Shown here in pieces: positions 47,544 through 53,920 of a stretch of DNA of 53,920 nt (within the stretch, counting starts at the first letter, position 1; each line of letters opens with the position of its first letter). The stretch is taken from contig JAHLWZ010000898.1 in NCBI GenBank assembly GCA_020536535.1, positions 1 through 53,920 on the forward strand. The letters are read 5' to 3'. Under the pieces are notes generated by a model that had not been told where the DNA came from, did not search any database, and saw nothing but the letters and a program-made list of their open reading frames with translations. A program made the position numbers and the translations under genes. The DNA comes from Pelomyxa schiedti (lineage: Eukaryota; Protista; Evosea).

Positions 47544-50500
47544 TCAAGGGGCTTTGGAAAGCAACAGGGCACGGCTCAACTGCATTTTTTCTTCAGGTGT
47601 CCACGTGGAAACAGAGAGGCCTGGGTTGAGTTGTAATAAGAGTGTATGGAGGAAGGTGGGAGGGGGGGAGAAGTAAATGATGAGGAACCTTGCATGGTAT
47701 CATGGAAAAATGCTAATGCATTCATTTTAGCCACTGGTGATGCTGGGTCCACATCATTGTCCTCTTCATCACTGCCAATAATGTCTTCTTCCTCCTGCTC
47801 GTTATTGATGTGTTCAAGGTCAAGCTCCTCGGCCCCTGAGCCGTCATCTTCCTCAGCCTGTTGTGGATGGAGTGAGAAAGAACTTGACTTCTTGGCTGGC
47901 AGAAAGACATACGTTATCTAGTTTTGTGGTTAGCTCTGAAGAAAAAAAACAAAGAAAAACTCTCACCTCTGTCACCCACTTCATCTTCATCTTCACCTGG
48001 ATCTTCAACGGAATGTGGATTGGTGAGGTCCGTATGTTCATCTTTGTATTGGTTTCTTTTAGGAAAAAAATAGTGGACTTGGAAAGGGGAAACCAGAACA
48101 GTTGTCAGCAAGGTCAATTGCTTGGAGTGCAATAACTTTCAAGTGTGGAGTCAAATTCTGTGGCAGCAGTTCCCTTGATGTGCGGAGCACAGAACACAGG
48201 CCAAGCAATGTGATTTTCTGATGAAACTTCCTGTAAATTCAAGTTTGGTGCTGTGAAGAATGCTCATGAACATAATAAACTAACCCCATCTTTTGAATAT
48301 GTGAAGTCAGTTCAAGTATTACGTGTGAATCCTGCGGTTCAAGGCAAGACAGACACAAGACTGGATCATAAACCAGGCCATTGGCAAACTGGAACCAGTG
48401 AGAACTACCAGGGAAACTCCAATAAGAGTACCAGCCTCTGGAAGGTTAGCTTTCTGTTTACTGTGCACCGGCGCATTTGCTCAACAGTCAGTCTGAGAAC
48501 CTCTGATGCAAACAGGTTGACTCGCCCTCTGTTCCACATTATGGGGGTCAAAAGGAGAAGGCGATGCTACTTGCAGAATTGAAGAACAGCTTCGGAAAGA
48601 GAACATATAGAACTCATAGCAGACTGTTCAGGAACGTCCCCAGTGAGAACCTAGTAAAAGAGACATAGACTTAAGTATCGTGCGTTACAGTTTCTCCAAT
48701 TTTTACACCTCCTTGAACAACTGGAGAATTTTCCCGGAATAATCTGGGTTTGCAAGAAATCCTTCAGTGTCATTGCAAACAAAGTTGATAAGCGAAACCG
48801 CCCAGTCTTAGTGTTAGGATGAGGAAAGATGTGACAAAATTATCAGGAAAAACCAGGGTAATCCCCAATAAACATTGTATTTGAGGTAAGGAGGTCAAAC
48901 ACTCTCCAGGGTACAGCTAGAGGTGATTCCATAGTCAAACGCGTGATGATGCGAATTGTATCATCAAAGAATGCTTCTGTTCAATGGTAAATTTCAACCT
49001 CATCGTGTGTTTCATACCCAATGAATTCTGCAAAACAAGTTCAAAGAGAGGAAGGAGGCAACTGCAAAAGCGGGGAAGAAGTTGAGGAGAGGGAAGAGCA
49101 GTGTCCAAGATGGTCATTATTGTTTCCAGACAACTTACTGCCACCATCTCTGACTTGGTATCCTCTTCCTCTTCCTCTATGTCATTGTTATTTTCATTGC
49201 CATTGCCATTGACGAGTTTAGTCGCTAAAGATTGAAATGATGTGGCCTGGAGTTGGAAGACAAAATACAATTACTTGCAAGCTTGAAATGCCTTAAAATA
49301 CCATAGCAACACACAAAGGTTCTGCATACGGAAGAACCGTCTGTGGATATTCTTCAATAAATCCTTGCAGGGCCGTCAGAAGGTCCTCATTCCTTGTCTC
49401 TTGAAGGAGAGTCATAATACCTTCAGTGATTGAGCAGGGATGTGTTTCCCATGACCATACACACGTGAAAGAATCTCCAGGATATGCGGCGAAATGAGTT
49501 CTTTTGCTAGTGCAGTTAGGGGGTGGCATATTGTTGGAGACCGGATGACACACCAGCACCATTCTTCTTCAACTTGTCAAGCGCCATAATGGCATGAAAG
49601 CTGACTGGTATCGATTGATCGGTTGTAAGCTGACAAATTTTCAGGACAGTCACCCCTAACTGTGCCGGGACATGGAACTCCATGGAGGCCAAACTGGCAA
49701 ACACTTCGCAGGCCTGTGACAATTGAGTCAAGCCCACAATATGCTGTAAAAACCTTGGATCTCAGAAGGCTATTTGCAGAAGATAATTCAGGGAACGCAT
49801 GCGCGCTCAACAACATCTCCATAGATGAAGAGAACACCGCATTTTTTAGGAGCTTGTCGCTTAGATGCGAGATTGCAGATAGGACTCCAAATTTGATGGA
49901 ATCAGTTTGGGAGTGCCCTGCAGGGTTTCTAAATAGGTCTCTGTCAATGACCACTTGAGCCGAAAGAGGTAACTTGCGAACTTTTTCAATAACTCAGAGA
50001 GGTAAGACATGAATTTGTTCAATGAAGTCTTGCCCCTGTATTTACAACAGTCTAGAATGAATGATACTGCACCAGCTCTCGGAGTGTCAAATTCACCGTC
50101 TTAAAAATGAGTATGGACAGGAAAGTGGCTGCAACCCACCAATAATGTCAAGATATTTCAAAGGTGTTTCTGTGAAGCACCGAGCTTCCTCTTCTGAATA
50201 ACACAGAAATCTAAAGGCGTATCACTCATGCATTATCATTTCGTAATATTGAGCTCACTTGAAGGCAACCTCTTCCAACAGTGTTGGCACAGAACCTTTG
50301 AGAACAGCAAACGTGGATGAATACTGGCACCTAAAAAAAGCAATAAAAAGTGGAACAGACCATGAAGTGATTCACACACGCAGAACCCAATGCACGAAGG
50401 GAAAAGCAGGACATCTTTGGTGGTATGTATCCACCCTGCATTTGTGTTTGTGTTGTCTCATTACTTAACATGGTAGTCCAAACCTTGTGGGGGAAAGAGA

Positions 50501-51710
50501 CAATGTTGATAAGTGACTGCGAAATGGTAGGTGCCCAAGTTGCCAAGAAATATTTTCCCATCTTTGTGTCTGTGTGCCTTCTCCCAATCATAAGCTCTAG
50601 AAGAAAGTGATTTTCGAAACCTGGTCAACCAACGGAAAAACACAGAGACAGCTCGTTGCCTTAGCTTCCAGTAATAAGGGCTTGGAAGTTGGTTGGTTTG
50701 AGTGACACCATCCAGAATGTGCTGCAGTATCCTGATCCAGAAGTCGATGTTTTGAGAGTGTTGGAAATATGCAGGCAATGCCATCTACTGACAAGTTTAT
50801 TTCTCAATCACTATTTGTCAAACCGGTCTGTCTGCACCTGCGTTGAAGACCACAATATTTTAATCACGTGGTATTTCAATTCCTCAGCCTCAACTGTTGC
50901 ACGCTCAAAAAGGGATCGAGACAGAACTTCAAGGGTGGGGAACACCCCAGATACAAGTTGATTCAGAATATTTCTTTCTGTTCTTTGTTGAACAACGATC
51001 AAAAAGTGAAGGTGGAACCTTTGCTCTCATGAGAGGAAGTGTATTCATAATTCCTTATGACACAACGCAAACACAGCAAAGCTCCAGAGAGTAATGTCTC
51101 GTCTTTTGTGGAGATGATAGTGCACATATGGGGTATCAGAGAATTCCACCTTTCGGAGGGAATATCCCAGCGTGCTATCGACTGCACTACATCATACATG
51201 ATTGACCTGGAAAAAAAAGATATTGAAAATTGAAAAAAATGTAAGGGAAGTGAACCTCACAGGTGGTGATGAACGTGTGAGAGTTGGAAGACAAGATTCC
51301 TTTATATGATCACGGGATGCCACAGGAAGTCCTTCCCAAATTTCTGTGTTGAGGTGTGTCCTAAACACACGGGCTATATTTTTGTGATTTTTGGAAGACC
51401 ACTTCGTTAAACAGCCAGCACATGCCTGCTACAAGTGAAACATCATTGTTACTTGAGATTTGTGTTAACAGTGCGCGAAAGAATTCCGGTTCAGAATGTG
51501 CCTGCACCATTTTTTTTTCTTTTATGAGTGACCATAAAACATAACGGCTCGTGTCACTGGCCGAAACAGCTCACAACGAACTAACGAAATGAAACACTTC
51601 CTCATTACCATTTCAAGTAAGGTGGACTCGGCTCGTCCCCTCGCGTCCCTGTCTGAGACTCCCTCTGCTGATGTGGCCAAAACACCCAACAGAGCCGGTA
51701 ACTGCTCCAT
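47544..51710 (-). CDS. Importin-7/8-like karyopherin (copy 1, complete)
   Basis: IBN_N-like start (ARGRAESTLLEM), IARWDIPSERW, GALLCLRCVIRNYEY, YWKLRQRA, FPELSSANSLLRSK, LLQETRNEDLLTALQGFIEEYP..VLPYA, acidic C-terminal tracts. Confidence 0.85.
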
Positions 51711-51838
51711 CCGTCACACAAACCGATTACGCAATGACACAAGATAATCAAGGAAAAAGCAACGAACACTTCGCCTAAGAAGGGCACGATCTCGATTCTA
51801 AAAATGACACTGGCTATTCCAGGTTTGCCTTTGTCCAA

Positions 51839-53920
51839 TCACGAGGATTTGAACGAGAAGGCCTGGCTCAATTTCATTTTTTCTTCAGGCGTCCAGGTGG
51901 AAATAGAGAGGCCTGGGTTGGGTTGTTTTGTGTGAGCAGGTATTGTTTGTGTGTGAAGAAGGAGTGGGGGGGAGAAGTAAATGATGAGGAACCTTGCATG
52001 GTATCATGGAAAAATGCTAATGCATTCATTTTAGCCACTGGTGATGCTGGGTCCACATCATTGTCCTCTTCATCGCTGTCAATAAGGTCTTCCTCAGCTT
52101 CAATGTCATTTTCATATTCAAGCTCCTCGGCGTCCGAGCCGTCATCATCATCTTCAACCTGTTTTGGGATTGAATGGTGAGAAAGAAATTACTTCATTGC
52201 CCGGGATGGGATGTCATGCTTTATCTATTCTGATTATTAGAAATGAAAGAAGAACTGAAAATAAATCACTTCACCTCTGTCTTCGTCGTCCTTATCTTCA
52301 TCTTCATCTGGCTCCCTACCTTCATCTTTCTGTGGATTGGAAAAGTCCATAGCTTCATCTTGATCTTGGTTTCTTTTGGAAACAAAAAGTAGGTGTGTTG
52401 GGAAAAACCTGAACAAGCGGCAGAAGCTTTTTCGGCAAGCTCTATTGCTTGGAGTGCAATAACCTTCAAGTTTGGTATCAAGTCCTGAGGTAACACTTCC
52501 CTTGATGTGCGGAGCACAGAACACAGGCCAAGCAATGTGATTTTCTGATGAAACTTCCTGTAAATTCAAGTTTGGTGCTGTGAAGAATGCTCATGAACAT
52601 AATAAACTAACCCCATCTTTTGAATATGTGAAGTCAGTTCAAGTATTACGTGTGAATCCTGCGGTTCAAGGCAAGACAGACACAAGACTGGATCATAAAC
52701 CAGGCCATTGGCAAACTGGAACCAGTGAGAACTACCAGGGAAACTCCAATAAGAGTACCAGCCTCTGGAAGGTTAGCTTTCTGTTTACTGTGCACCGGCG
52801 CATTTGCTCAACAGTCAGTCTGAGAACCTCTGATGCAAACAGGTTGACTCGCCCTCTGTTCCACATTATGGGGGTCAAAAGGAGAAGGCGATGCTACTTG
52901 CAGAATTGAAGAACAGCTTCGGAAAGGGAACATATAGCTCTCAGAGAAGACTGTGGCAGGTCACGGGAGACAACCTGAAGTGATATAGACTTAAGTATCG
53001 TGCGTTAGAGTTTCTCCAATTTTTACACCTCCTTGAACAACTGGAGAATTTTCAAAGAGTAATCGGGGTTGGCAAGAAATCCTTCAGTGCCATTGCAAAC
53101 AAAGTTGATGAGTGCCACAACACAATCTTAGCGTTAGGATGAGGGAATGATGCTCTGGGTACAAGATTAAGACAAGGCATACCAGGATACTCCTCAATGA
53201 ATACTATTTTTGAGGTAAGAAGGTCAAACACGCTCCAGGGTACAGACAGAGGTTGTGCCATAGTCAACAGCGTTATGATGCGAATTGTATCATCAATGAA
53301 GTCTTCTATTGCAATGGTAAGTGACCTAATTTGTATTCCATACCAAGTACCCATAGATTCACTCTGCAAAACAAGCACAAAAACAGGAAGCAGGCCGTTG
53401 GAAAAGCGGGGAAGAAGTTGAGGAGAGGGAAGAGCAGTTTCCAATATGGTAATTATTGTTTCCAGACAGCTTATTGCCACCATGGCTGACTTTGTATCCT
53501 CTTCCTCTTTGTCATTGTCATTGACGAGTTTAGTCGCTAAAGATTGAAATGATGTGGCCTGGAGTTGGAAGACAAAATACAATTACTTGCAAGCTTGAAA
53601 TGCCTTAAAATACCATAGCAACACACAAAGGTTCTGCATACGGAAGAACCGTCTGTGGATATTCTTCAATAAATCCTTGCAGGGCCGTCAGAAGGTCCTC
53701 ATTCCTTGTCTCTTGAAGGAGAGTCATAATACCTTCAGTGATTGAGCAGGGATGTGTTTCCCATGACCATACACACGTGAAAGAATCTCCAGGATATGCG
53801 GCGAAATGAGTTCTTTTGCTAGTGCAGTTAGGGGGTGACATATGGCTGGAGACCGGGTGACACACCAGCACTATTATTCTTCAACTTGTCAAGTGCCATA
53901 ATGGCATGAAAGCTGACTGG
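51839..53920 (-). CDS. Importin-7/8-like karyopherin (copy 2; 3' half, runs off the window)
   Basis: Paralogous to 47544-49600 with the same exon structure. Stop at 51839-51841, only about 128 bp from the start of copy 1. Confidence 0.85.

Noticed and set aside
48253-48582. Identical 109-aa + strand ORFs at 48253 and 52580 as a repeated gene
   Set aside because: Antisense to the identical block shared by the importin paralogues.
1-53920. Alternative genetic code or prokaryotic operons to explain ORF fragmentation
   Set aside because: Breaks coincide with short GT-AG introns (one probable GC-AG in importin copy 1) whose removal restores conserved motifs under the standard code. No rRNA or tRNA genes were recognised.

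Overview
Gene-dense eukaryotic DNA with many short (mostly ~40-60 nt) GT-AG spliceosomal introns, so the supplied ORF track fragments most genes. I reassembled exons by eye, and boundaries are approximate. The gene content points to an anaerobic, flagellated protist: ciliary NPHP1, prokaryote-type Fe-S and carbohydrate enzymes carrying introns, and MORN/Sel1 proteins. An archamoeba such as Pelomyxa is my inference from style, not proof. Genes in order: secreted Cys-rich protein; LIM + 4 EF-hand protein; ADP-ribosyltransferase-like + NBR1-FW fusion; unknown signal-anchored protein; prokaryote-type 4Fe-4S dicluster protein; Sel1-repeat protein; a ~9 kb TRANK1-like gene (ParB/Srx-like, UPF1-like helicase, RelE-like, UvrD-like helicase, TPR-like); two abutting TA-flanked TIR elements; a minisatellite; nephrocystin-1; RBBP6/Mpe1; UBFD1; probable Claspin/Mrc1; secreted GH31; a decayed region with an Fe/Mn-SOD pseudogene; COG4099-type esterase; tocopherol-cyclase-family protein; MORN-coiled coil-RING protein; a Rab GTPase fused to a B-box instead of a prenylation tail; and tandem importin-7/8 paralogues with patchwork identity. 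The best novelty candidates are the double-helicase conflict/immunity-like protein, the ART-FW fusion and the Rab-B-box fusion.
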